Of a stretch of DNA of 64,000 nucleotides, positions 1 through 8,115 are shown in pieces. How positions within the stretch are numbered: the stretch's first letter is position 1; each line of letters begins with the position of its first letter. The notes below the pieces were generated by a model that had not been told where the DNA came from, made no database searches, and was given only the letters and a program-made list of their open reading frames with translations. Origin of the DNA: Eubacteriales bacterium (GTDB lineage Bacteria > Bacillota > Clostridia > Oscillospirales > CAG-272); the NCBI GenBank assembly GCA_045660325.1, contig JAZRDO010000019.1, forward strand, positions 496-64,495. The letters are read 5' to 3'. The position numbers were made by a program, and so were the translations under genes.

Positions 1-1
1 G

Positions 2-637
2 ATAATGGGAAAGCGGCAGCTTGGCGAGCTTGAGCTATCCGAGCTCATAACCACTCTTCTCTTCTCCGAGATAGCCACAACGCCCATAACCACCCCCGAC
101 TCACGCCTGGTTGATGCGATAGTGCCTATCGGGATCATAGCCGCGCTGGAAATCCTGCTTTCGCTCATAATGATAAAATTTCCAAAACTCAAACGAATAT
201 TTTCCTCAGGTCCGTCGGTAATTATTCAAAAGGGCAGGATCAACAAAAAGGAAATGCTCAAATCCCGTCTCACTCTCGACGAGCTTATATCTCAAATACG
301 TCAGTGCGGCATATTTGATCTCTGCGAGGTCGATTATGCAATTCTTGAGGAAAACGGCAAAATAACGGTCGTTCCCAAAGCAAGCCAACGCCCGCCGACA
401 GTTAACGATATTGGCATCACGGTCAATGACTCGGGTGTTATGCACATAATTGTTTCGGACGGCAAGATAAACGACTACAACCTCAGACTTGTGGGCAGAG
501 ACAGAAAGTGGCTCGAGTCCTTCCTCAAAAAGCAGGAGCTCAAGCCACAAAATGTTTTCTGTATGACGGTCGACGATGCAAAAAACACATTTATTCAAAC
601 CAAAAACGGTCGTGTGATCACAATATCGAACGACTGA
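2..637 (+). CDS. DUF421/YetF-family membrane protein, N-terminus probably runs off the window
   Basis: The frame stays open to the window edge. The segment GRINKKEMLKSRLTLDELISQIRQCGIFDLCEVDYAILEENGKITVVPK matches the conserved DUF421 core as I recall it. Confidence 0.7.
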   Translation: MMGKRQLGELELSELITTLLFSEIATTPITTPDSRLVDAIVPIGIIAALEILLSLIMIKFPKLKRIFSSGPSVIIQKGRINKKEMLKSRLTLDELISQIRQCGIFDLCEVDYAILEENGKITVVPKASQRPPTVNDIGITVNDSGVMHIIVSDGKINDYNLRLVGRDRKWLESFLKKQELKPQNVFCMTVDDAKNTFIQTKNGRVITISND

Positions 638-1309
638 TTAATTACCGTTTATTTTGTGCGCGCAAAAATCTCGCATAGGACATGCCTCGCACTTAGGAGA
701 ACGCGCCGAGCAGACGTCTCTACCGAACTGCACGATCCTATGGCAAAAATCGCTTTGCTGACTTTTGTCGATAAAGCCGTCCATTGTTCTCTCGACCTTC
801 AAGGGATCCTTGATGCTCTCGGAATAAAAGCCCAATCTGCCGCAAATTCTGATGCAGTGAGTATCGGCAACTATACCGCCCATTTTGTAAAGATCGCCAA
901 GCAAGAGATTCGCGATTTTTCTTCCCACACCACGAAATTCAAGCAGCTTCTCCATACTGTCGGGAACGATCCCACCGTAAAGGGAGACGAGCATCTCACA
1001 TTCACTCTTTATATCCGCCGCCTTTGTGTGAAAAAGACCGCAGGGGCGGATTATTTTTTCTATTTCCTCGATCGGCGCATCCGCCAACGCCTCAACCGTC
1101 GGGAAACTTATGAAAAGTTCCTCGCAGACGGTATTGACTCTCGCATCAGTGCATTGCGCGGAAAGACGGCCCATGACCATAAGCTTCCAGCCGTTCTCAA
1201 TTCCGCCGCCCCACATAAGCGCGCACTCCGCGTCGGGATATAATATTTCAAGCTCGGCGCAAGCGCGAGCCGCTATTTCCTTTTTAGCCTTTTTTGATAA
1301 TTCCTTCAT
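638..1309 (-). CDS. nth: endonuclease III
   Basis: HhH-GPD motif (FRGVGRKIANLLLGD) and C-terminal 4Fe-4S ligands C-x6-C-x2-C-x5-C (CSARSPKCEACPMRDFC). Confidence 0.9.
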   Translation of the reverse strand: MKELSKKAKKEIAARACAELEILYPDAECALMWGGGIENGWKLMVMGRLSAQCTDARVNTVCEELFISFPTVEALADAPIEEIEKIIRPCGLFHTKAADIKSECEMLVSLYGGIVPDSMEKLLEFRGVGRKIANLLLGDLYKMGGIVADTHCIRICGRLGFYSESIKDPLKVERTMDGFIDKSQQSDFCHRIVQFGRDVCSARSPKCEACPMRDFCAHKINGN

Positions 1310-1377
1310 TTTAACTCCGATAAGTTTCCTTCATTTATTATATTATACTATTTATTAAGATTTTTGTCAATTACAGA

Positions 1378-2691
1378 TTATGCCAATATGCGCTCTTCAA
1401 GGCACTCAAGATCGTAAGAATCAAGCGCACGGTCGCCATTTACATCCGCGTTGTATTTATATATAGCTCCGCTCTTATCGTGAATATAGAGGCTCAGCGC
1501 GGCAACATCAAGCACGCTTATCTCGCCGTCGCCGTCCGCATCCATACTCTTCGACATCACAAGCGTCTGCGCGTTATCCCCCGCTCTATCAAGCTCAAGA
1601 GTCAACCCGACCTTGCTTTCCTTTATACCGAAGACGTCGGCGGCGATACCGACAACCTCAGTTACAAAAAGGCTCCCGTCAATCTGCATTATCGAATTCT
1701 TGGTGTTAAAAAGCACCTTGTTTCCCGCGCATATGACCTCCACAAAGGAATTGGCGTAAAACCTACCCTCCGCCTTTTTCCATAGCCCATCGATACTATA
1801 TAAAAGCTCGGGCTCGCTCCCGTCGAGCTTATCAAAATAAATACCCCTCGCCACGTTGTCGGCAAAAACGAAGCCGTCCGCAAGACGCTCGTATTTATAC
1901 GGCACATTTCTCAAAGAAAGCCCTTTGTATGTTTCATCTGTACATTCAACGCCAAGCGGAATTATAGCGCCCTTGTGGCCACTCTCAACGATCTCGCGGT
2001 CAGTCAAAAGGAAATTCTTATGCGACACGCCGCCGTCAATATTATCCCAAGTAACATCAACGTGATACCACGCCCCGTCGAGTCTTATAACGTTCCAGAT
2101 GTGCATTATTTCGTTTGAATAGGCGTAGGTGCTCTCTATCCCCGCGCGGCGCAAAAGCTCCATATATGTAAGTGTAAACGCCTGACACGTGCCCCGACCG
2201 TCCCGAAGAAGCTCAAACATAGTATAGTTTTCAAGGCTATCATCATATATAAAATTATCGCACATATATTCGTGCAAAACAAGTGCCTTTGAAAAATCAC
2301 TCATGCTGTTATCAATAGAGAAAAGTATTTTTTCAAGCTCGCGATCGCAAAAAATCTTTATATTTTTAACTTCATTTTTATTATATATGTAGGTCGGAAT
2401 TAACTCCTTGACTGAACCGTTTTTGTCCGTACTGTAATAAAAGCTCTCCCCCACGTAGTAAAGCTCGGGATTTGTCTTTATCACGTAGTCAAGAGCCTCA
2501 AAAACAAAATCCTTGCCACACCCAAAGCCCGAAAGATCAATGCGCTCAAGCCCAAGATACAGGCTCTCGGCAATATAGCGCTCAACGTATCTGCGATCTA
2601 CGGTCTCGGATGCCCTCCCGTTAATAAGAAAAATCGCAAAAAATATACCGCACACAAGCAAAAGTCGAAGATACCGAAATACTGTTTTCAA
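1378..2691 (-). CDS. secreted transglutaminase-like domain protein with C-terminal type-I dockerin
   Basis: N-terminal hydrophobic signal/anchor. Transglutaminase-like core (GRGTCQAFTLTYMELLRRAGI...HIWNVIRLDGAWYHVDVTWD). Two Ca-binding dockerin repeats (DADGDGEISVLD and DVNGDRALDSYD). TTG start at 2691 preceded by AGGAG. Confidence 0.7.
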   Translation of the reverse strand: MKTVFRYLRLLLVCGIFFAIFLINGRASETVDRRYVERYIAESLYLGLERIDLSGFGCGKDFVFEALDYVIKTNPELYYVGESFYYSTDKNGSVKELIPTYIYNKNEVKNIKIFCDRELEKILFSIDNSMSDFSKALVLHEYMCDNFIYDDSLENYTMFELLRDGRGTCQAFTLTYMELLRRAGIESTYAYSNEIMHIWNVIRLDGAWYHVDVTWDNIDGGVSHKNFLLTDREIVESGHKGAIIPLGVECTDETYKGLSLRNVPYKYERLADGFVFADNVARGIYFDKLDGSEPELLYSIDGLWKKAEGRFYANSFVEVICAGNKVLFNTKNSIMQIDGSLFVTEVVGIAADVFGIKESKVGLTLELDRAGDNAQTLVMSKSMDADGDGEISVLDVAALSLYIHDKSGAIYKYNADVNGDRALDSYDLECLEERILA

Positions 2692-2739
2692 GAGTTACTC
2701 CTAAAAGACGTTTTTTTAATTATATTAAAAACGCAAAAC

Positions 2740-2775
2740 AAAAAGACCTGTGATATAAAATCACAGGTCTTTTTA
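2740..2775. terminator. bidirectional intrinsic terminator hairpin
   Basis: AGACCTGTGA (2744-2753) pairs with TCACAGGTCT (2761-2770). An A-run lies on one side and a T-run on the other. Confidence 0.7.
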
Positions 2776-3006
2776 TTGTTAAAATGCCCCGCCGAGCCGT
2801 GTACCCAAAGAAATGGAACCCTGTAAGTCAGGGCGGTGCTCTATTCCTTGCTTTACTGCTCCCAGCGTCCAAAAATATATCGGGACAAGTCAACCGCATA
2901 TATCTTGGGAGGTCTGCAAACCGCAAGGGGTGTCAAGCTCCTTTAGTCAATTGTAGGTCTCAATCAGTAGAATATCACGCGCTAAGCAGGATTTTTTAAA
3001 CAAAAA

Positions 3007-3300
3007 TCAGTTGTCGTAGTCCTCTTCGCTGTCAAAAAGGTCGTCAAAGTAGTCAGCTACCTTGTCGAACTCATCGTCATCGTCGATAGTTACGAACATA
3101 TCCTCGCCGTCAGCATCCTTTTCCTTCTTCAACACAACGTACTCGATCATGCCGTCCTCAGCAACATCGGAATCCGTGGGAATCATTGCAAAGTATTCAA
3201 CGCCGTCAATTTCAGCGGATGCAGCAAGCTCAAATTCGATCTCGTTGCCGTCTTCATCTGTAAGAGTATAGAATTCACTCTCGAAGTTATTGTCGTTCAT
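3007..3300 (-). CDS. DUF1292 family acidic protein
   Basis: Small acidic protein with the DEDGNEIEFEL...VEYFAMIP...EYVVLK pattern typical of DUF1292 (YrzB-like). Confidence 0.8.
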   Translation of the reverse strand: MNDNNFESEFYTLTDEDGNEIEFELAASAEIDGVEYFAMIPTDSDVAEDGMIEYVVLKKEKDADGEDMFVTIDDDDEFDKVADYFDDLFDSEEDYDN

Positions 3301-3372
3301 ATCAAATCTCCTTTTAAGATAATATTTCTTTCTTATATTTTACCACATATAAATGCTTTTGTCAATGCTCTA

Positions 3373-4503
3373 TTAAAACTCCAGAGCATCCGACAGAATG
3401 TAATTGCTGACAAGAAATCCTTTTTCAGTAAAAGAACATCTGCCATTTTCACACAACACGAACTCGGGAGAAAATTTTTTGAATTTCTCGCCGAACGCCT
3501 CTTCAAAATCAAGGGAAAATCTCTTTCGGAAATCATCAAGATCCACACCACGCGCAAGACGCATCGAGAGCATTACGTACTCATTCATCTGCTCTGTAAG
3601 CGAAATTTCACTCACCGACGCCACAATATCCTCGCCGCGCAAATACGCGTCAACGTCACCAAGATTCTCAATTCTCTTGCCGCCGACAAATGAGTGCGCC
3701 GCAGGGCCAATGCCGATATAGTCACCGTATTCCCAATATTTAAGATTGTGTCTTGACTCAAAGCCCACCTTTGAAAAATTGCTTATCTCATATTTATTAT
3801 ATTCACGGCTCGCAAGAGTGTCGCAAATATATAGATACATATCCGCGGTCGTGTCGTCGTCAGGCAAGGAAAGGCCATCTTGCATCTTGTAAAACGGAGT
3901 TCCCTCCTCGATTTTAAGCGCATAGAGAGACAAATGCTCAGGAGAGAGCGAAATCGCCTTCTCTATCGTGCCCCTAAGACTCTCCATCGTCTGATTCGGA
4001 ATGCCGTACATAATATCAAGCGAAAGATTTGTAAATCCCGCCGCTCTTACCATTTCGACCGCCTCGACCGTGTCCGCATACGTATGCGCTCGGCCGAGAG
4101 CCTTCAGCTCCGCATCGTCTCCGCTCTGCATACCCATACTGATTCGGTTTACCCCCGCCGCCCTCATGGACGTAAGCTTTTCTATATCAACCGTGCGGGG
4201 ATTACATTCACTCGTTATCTCGGCGTCGGGAGCGATACCGAAGCGCTCGCGCACCGCATGAAGAATTCTTTCATACTGCTCTCCCGTCATAAGCGTGGGA
4301 GTGCCACCGCCAAAATATACCGTGTCCGCAGGAGCAAAATTCTCGTCAGTTTTGTAGGTGCGAATATCCTCTACAAGTCTTTCTACGTAAGCGGAGATCC
4401 TCTCGCTATCCCTTGTAGGCCTCGAGCAAAAATCACAGTACAAGCACTTTGAACGGCAAAACGGAATATGGATATATATTCCTAATTTTCTTTTGTCCGC
4501 CAT
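3373..4503 (-). CDS. hemW: radical SAM heme chaperone HemW / HemN-like protein
   Basis: CxxxCxxC radical-SAM motif (FCRSKCLYCDFC) near the N-terminus and a HemN_C-like C-terminus. The start is set to ATG 4503 (MADKRKLGIYIHIPFC), 4 nt after the TAA that ends the lepA tail. The longer ORF to 4656 overlaps the lepA C-terminal coding region. Confidence 0.85.
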   Translation of the reverse strand: MADKRKLGIYIHIPFCRSKCLYCDFCSRPTRDSERISAYVERLVEDIRTYKTDENFAPADTVYFGGGTPTLMTGEQYERILHAVRERFGIAPDAEITSECNPRTVDIEKLTSMRAAGVNRISMGMQSGDDAELKALGRAHTYADTVEAVEMVRAAGFTNLSLDIMYGIPNQTMESLRGTIEKAISLSPEHLSLYALKIEEGTPFYKMQDGLSLPDDDTTADMYLYICDTLASREYNKYEISNFSKVGFESRHNLKYWEYGDYIGIGPAAHSFVGGKRIENLGDVDAYLRGEDIVASVSEISLTEQMNEYVMLSMRLARGVDLDDFRKRFSLDFEEAFGEKFKKFSPEFVLCENGRCSFTEKGFLVSNYILSDALEF

Positions 4504-4507
4504 AGCT

Positions 4508-4672
4508 TTAGTCGTCATCGCCAAGCTTGAGAACCGCCATAAACGCCTCGGGAGATACTTGAACGCTACCGAGCTGGCGCATCTTCTTCTTACCTTCCTT
4601 CTGCTTTTCAAGCAGCTTCTTCTTACGGGTAATATCACCGCCGTAGCACTTGGCAAGAACGTCCTTTCTCAT
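4508..4672 (-). pseudogene. lepA: detached C-terminal segment of LepA (54 codons) downstream of an in-frame TAA
   Basis: Translation gives [54 protein letters not shown], the conserved LepA C-terminal domain. It is in the same frame as 4676..6328. Confidence 0.8.
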
Positions 4673-4675
4673 AGC

Positions 4676-6328
4676 TTAAACAGTTTCTCTGGCAATAATA
4701 CGCGAGCCGATAGCCGCCTGAATCGGCACCTCAAAGAGCTGACGCGGGATATTTTCCTTGAGTCGCTCTGCGATCTTTCTAGCTCTGCCGTACGCCTTCT
4801 CCTCGTGAACGATAAAGGAAAGCGCGTCGACCTGCTCGCCATTGAGCATAAAGTCAAGCTTAACAAGCTTAGAGGGAACGTAACCCATAAGCTCGTAGTC
4901 AAGCGACGCGTAACCGCGAGAGCGGCTCTTGAGCGCATCAAAGAAGTCGTAAATAATTTCGTTGAGCGGAAGCTCATAATGAAGCTCAACTCTTGTGGAG
5001 TCAAGATATTTCATATCCACGAAAATACCGCGACGGTCCTGGCAAAGATCCATAAGACCGCCCACAAATTCGGTGGGAGTGATAATATTCGCCTTTACCA
5101 TAGGCTCTCTCGCCTCCTTGATATTGTCGGGGGACGGGAAGTTCGAGGGGTTGTCGATCGTGATCATCGAGTTATCCATAAGCGTTACCTCGTAAATAAC
5201 GCCAGGCGCGGTCGTGATAAGATCAAGATTGAATTCGCGCTCAAGTCTCTCCTCGATAATTTCCATGTGAAGAAGACCGAGGAAGCCACAACGGAAGCCA
5301 AAGCCCAAAGCAATAGAAGTTTCGGGCTCAAAGGTGAGAGCCGCATCGTTGAGTTGAAGCTTTTCAAGAGCGTCACGAAGATCGGGATATCTCGCACCGT
5401 CCGCAGGATAAATACCCGCAAATACCATAGGCTGAGCCGCCTTGAAGCCCGGAAGAGCCTCGACAGCAGGGTTGTCCTTCAAGGTAACCGTATCACCAAC
5501 TCGTGTGTCGCCAATGCTCTTGATTGATGCGGTAAGGTATCCTACCTCGCCCGCGCGGAGCGTGTCGCACTTGCGAAGGCCGAAGGCCTCCATCGTACCA
5601 ACCTCAACAACCTCAAATTCCTTGCCCGTGCTCATAAGCTTGATCGTGTCGCCAGCGGAAAGGCAGCCGTCGATAACTCTGATATTAACAACGACACCGA
5701 GATAGCTATCGTAGTAGGAGTCGAAAATAAGACACTTGAGAGGCGCATTCTCGTCGCCCGTAGGCGCAGGAATGTCGCGCACAACTGCCTCAAGAACGGA
5801 TTCAATATTAAGTCCCGTCTTGGCGGAAACCGCAGGACAGCCCTCGGCAGGAATGCCGATCTCGTCCTCAATTTCCCCTCTTACACGTTCAACGTCCGCA
5901 CTGGGAAGGTCTATTTTATTAATTACAGGTACTATCTCGAGTCCCGCGTCTACCGCGAGATAGGCGTTGGCAAGCGTCTGTGCCTCAATACCCTGTGTGG
6001 CGTCCACGACGAGGAGAGCGCCGTCACAAGCGTTGAGTGAACGGGAAACCTCGTAGTTAAAGTCAACGTGACCGGGAGTATCAATAAGATTGAAAACATA
6101 CTGCTCGCCATCGGGGGCAGTATAATCAAGCTTTACCGCTCGCGCCTTGATAGTGATTCCTCTCTCTTTTTCAAGATCCATATTGTCGAGAATCTGCTCC
6201 TCCATCTCGCGCTTCGAAACCGCCTGAGTGGACTCAAGGATTCTATCGGCAAGAGTGGACTTACCGTGGTCAATATGCGCGATAATCGAGAAGTTACGTA
6301 TTCTCTTCATTCTTTCATTTGTTGCCAT
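4676..6328 (-). CDS. lepA: elongation factor 4 (LepA), truncated by an in-frame TAA at 4676-4678
   Basis: G1 motif [15 protein letters not shown] and DTPGHVDF. The ORF ends ...[11 protein letters not shown], exactly where homologs continue K-A-(L/M)-RKDV. Confidence 0.9.
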   Translation of the reverse strand: MATNERMKRIRNFSIIAHIDHGKSTLADRILESTQAVSKREMEEQILDNMDLEKERGITIKARAVKLDYTAPDGEQYVFNLIDTPGHVDFNYEVSRSLNACDGALLVVDATQGIEAQTLANAYLAVDAGLEIVPVINKIDLPSADVERVRGEIEDEIGIPAEGCPAVSAKTGLNIESVLEAVVRDIPAPTGDENAPLKCLIFDSYYDSYLGVVVNIRVIDGCLSAGDTIKLMSTGKEFEVVEVGTMEAFGLRKCDTLRAGEVGYLTASIKSIGDTRVGDTVTLKDNPAVEALPGFKAAQPMVFAGIYPADGARYPDLRDALEKLQLNDAALTFEPETSIALGFGFRCGFLGLLHMEIIEERLEREFNLDLITTAPGVIYEVTLMDNSMITIDNPSNFPSPDNIKEAREPMVKANIITPTEFVGGLMDLCQDRRGIFVDMKYLDSTRVELHYELPLNEIIYDFFDALKSRSRGYASLDYELMGYVPSKLVKLDFMLNGEQVDALSFIVHEEKAYGRARKIAERLKENIPRQLFEVPIQAAIGSRIIARETV

Positions 6329-6423
6329 ATTAAAATTCCTATCTGAAAATTTGCATTTTACTACATTTTATATTATAATATATTTTTTTCAATTTCTCAA
6401 TACCTTTGAGAAAAATTTTTATC

Positions 6424-6456
6424 AAAAAAGAGACCCCGCGGCAGAGCCGCGGGGTC
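6424..6456 (-). terminator. intrinsic terminator after the small peptide gene
   Basis: GACCCCGCGG/CCGCGGGGTC stem followed on the minus strand by a T-run. Confidence 0.75.
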
Positions 6457-6464
6457 GGGAGTTA

Positions 6465-6557
6465 TCAGTTGCAGCCGCAGCAAAGGAGAACAAGCGCGAT
6501 TATGATAATCCAGATCCAGTTGTCGTTAAAAATAGAGCACAAGCAGTTGTTGTTCAT
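6465..6557 (-). CDS. 30-aa Cys-rich hydrophobic peptide (MNNNCLCSIFNDNWIWIIIIALVLLCCGCN)
   Basis: A GGAGG box lies 7 nt upstream of the ATG at 6557. It has its own terminator and a single hydrophobic helix flanked by Cys clusters. Confidence 0.5.
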   Translation of the reverse strand: MNNNCLCSIFNDNWIWIIIIALVLLCCGCN

Positions 6558-6672
6558 AAATGTTCCTCCGTTTAATGTAATCGGAACGGCAACAATTTTC
6601 GCCGTTCTCATTATCATAATATGTCGATAAATGGAAAAGGTTCCCGCCATAATACGAAAAAAGGAGCTTGGA

Positions 6673-7290
6673 TCAACCAAGCTCCTCAATATTTTTCTTG
6701 TTTGCTTTCCTTGCCGAAGAAATAAGTCTTACACAAGAAACAGTATACATAACGAATGAAAAAATCATAAACGATGCCGAGAATATAATAAGTGCGGTGG
6801 ATAAAACGGGGGGAATCGCGTCCCACAAAAGAACGTGCAGGCAAATCACAAGATAAAGGATCACCGTGTTCGCCTTACCGTGCCATGCTGCGCCCTCAAC
6901 CGCATCGGCAACCTCAAAAAGACGGAGGCGAAGAATAAAGGAAACGATCTCCTTTATCGGCATAATACATAGCGGCAGGAGCATCATGGGAAATTCGCCC
7001 ACAAGACAAATTATGATAGCAAGCTGAGTAAGCTTGTCCGCAACAGGATCGATCATCTTGCCGAAATCGGTTATCATATTAAAGCGGCGCGCAATAAATC
7101 CGTCAATGATGTCGGTCGCAGATGACACGAGGATAACAATTAGCGCAGCTACGTGATTATCGCGATGATAGAAGAAAACTATTAAAGGAATAAGCGCCAA
7201 GCGTAAAAACGACAGCATATTTGGGATCGTAAATATCTGTTCTTTTGTAAGACGGGATTTGTAGTCCGCCCTTCTGGTTTCCTTATCCAT
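6673..7290 (-). CDS. pgsA: CDP-alcohol phosphatidyltransferase (PgsA-like)
   Basis: D-x2-DG-x2-AR-x8-G-x3-D-x3-D motif (DIIDGFIARRFNMITDFGKMIDPVADK); polytopic membrane protein. Confidence 0.85.
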   Translation of the reverse strand: MDKETRRADYKSRLTKEQIFTIPNMLSFLRLALIPLIVFFYHRDNHVAALIVILVSSATDIIDGFIARRFNMITDFGKMIDPVADKLTQLAIIICLVGEFPMMLLPLCIMPIKEIVSFILRLRLFEVADAVEGAAWHGKANTVILYLVICLHVLLWDAIPPVLSTALIIFSASFMIFSFVMYTVSCVRLISSARKANKKNIEELG

Positions 7291-7464
7291 CTCAAGCCTC
7301 CTCTCTTATGATTATCAAAGTATATTTTTGCCAAAAATTTGTTCATATAATATTATACAATTAAAATATTTTATTGTCAATAGAAAAAATATGCCGTATA
7401 AATTGCGCAATATAAAATTAAAGAATATTTTTCTAAAAAAAGACAAAATATTTTGAAAAAAGTA

Positions 7465-7493
7465 TTGACAAAGTGGATATAATTTGCTATAAT
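7465..7493 (+). promoter_or_regulatory. consensus sigma-A promoter of tRNA-Gln
   Basis: TTGACA (7465-7470), 17-nt spacer, TATAAT (7488-7493). It sits 18 nt upstream of the tRNA 5' end. Confidence 0.75.
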
Positions 7494-7511
7494 GATTGAG
7501 CGTTAAAAAAT

Positions 7512-7587
7512 TGGGGCATCGCCAAGCGGTAAGGCATCAGACTCTGACTCTGACATTACCGGGGTTCGAATCCCTGTGCCCCAGCCA
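7512..7587 (+). tRNA. tRNA-Gln (anticodon CUG), CCA encoded
   Basis: Acceptor TGGGGCA/TGCCCCA, D-arm GCCAAGCGGTAAGGC, anticodon arm TCAGA-CTCTGAC-TCTGA, T-arm CGGGG-TTCGAAT-CCCTG, discriminator G plus CCA. Close to E. coli tRNA-Gln. Confidence 0.95.
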
Positions 7588-7626
7588 AAAACAAAAAGAC
7601 CACTTTTAGTGGTCTTTTTTGTTTTT
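7588..7626. terminator. bidirectional terminator T1
   Basis: AGACCACT-TTT-AGTGGTCT hairpin flanked by an A-tract and a T-tract. Confidence 0.85.
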
Positions 7627-7640
7627 CGTTAGGAAAATCC

Positions 7641-7763
7641 GATTCGAACCCCCCGCGAGCCAATTTGCAAAGCAAATGGCGAGAATGTTTTGCGCTTATA
7701 TTATGCCGATTTAAATATATACGTAGGCGCAAAACTAGGTTCAGAATCCCTGTGCCCCAGCCA
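7641..7763 (+). repeat. tRNA-Gln-linked structured repeat unit A1
   Basis: Starts GATTCGAACCCCCC, the reverse complement of the tRNA-Gln T-arm. Contains hairpin CCAATTTGC-AAA-GCAAATGG and helix GTTTTGCGC(7687-7695)/GCGCAAAAC(7727-7735). Ends AGGTTCAGAATCCCTGTGCCCCAGCCA. Confidence 0.85.
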
Positions 7764-7802
7764 AAAACAAAAAGACCACTTTTAGTGGTCTTTTTTGTTT
7801 TT
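7764..7802. terminator. bidirectional terminator T2 (identical to T1)
   Basis: Same AGACCACT/AGTGGTCT hairpin at 7773-7791. Confidence 0.85.
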
Positions 7803-7816
7803 CGTTAGGAAAATCC

Positions 7817-7938
7817 GATTCGAACCCCCGCGAGCCAATTTGCAAAGCAAATGGCGAGAGACGTTTTGCACGTTGATTACTTTGAATTAAGATATACATT
7901 GGTGCAAAACTAGGTTCAGAATCCCTGTGCCCCAGCCA
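7817..7938 (+). repeat. tRNA-Gln-linked structured repeat unit A2
   Basis: Same architecture as A1. The helix is GTTTTGCAC(7863-7871)/GTGCAAAAC(7902-7910). Confidence 0.85.
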
Positions 7939-7979
7939 AAAAATAAAAGGAGTAGCAAAGGCTACTCCTTTTATTTTTT
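7939..7979. terminator. bidirectional terminator T3
   Basis: AAGGAGTAGC-AAAG-GCTACTCCTT hairpin with flanking A- and T-tracts. Confidence 0.85.
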
Positions 7980-7994
7980 CGTATGAGTAATATT

Positions 7995-8115
7995 ATTCGA
8001 ACCCCCGCGAGCCAATTTGCGTAGCAAATGGCGAGAGACGTTTTGCACGTTGATTACTTTGAATTAAGATATAAATTGGTGCAAAACTAGGTTCAGAATC
8101 CCTGTGCCCCAGCCA
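7995..8115 (+). repeat. tRNA-Gln-linked structured repeat unit A3
   Basis: Near-identical to A2. The hairpin loop changes from AAA to GTA. The helix is 8040-8048/8079-8087. Confidence 0.85.

Noticed and set aside
2784-3000. Similarity of parts of this region to the c-di-GMP-I (GEMM) core (TGCAAACC-GCAA-GGGGTG..CAAGCTCC on plus) and to guanidine-I/ykkC elements (AGGGTTCC, ACACGG on minus). SRP RNA and tmRNA were also considered.
   Set aside because: Only short fragments match. The remaining conserved blocks of each family are missing, for example GGUCCGAGAG, AAAGCCCGGGAGA, the second GEMM helix and the SRP GGAA-tetraloop helix 8. The GEMM-like match is also on the strand with no downstream gene.
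4676-4678. Stop-codon reassignment (TAA read as an amino acid) as the explanation for the lepA in-frame stop.
   Set aside because: TAA clearly terminates other genes in the window at conserved C-termini, including tuf, rpmH and the lepA tail itself. No other conserved gene shows internal TAA codons.
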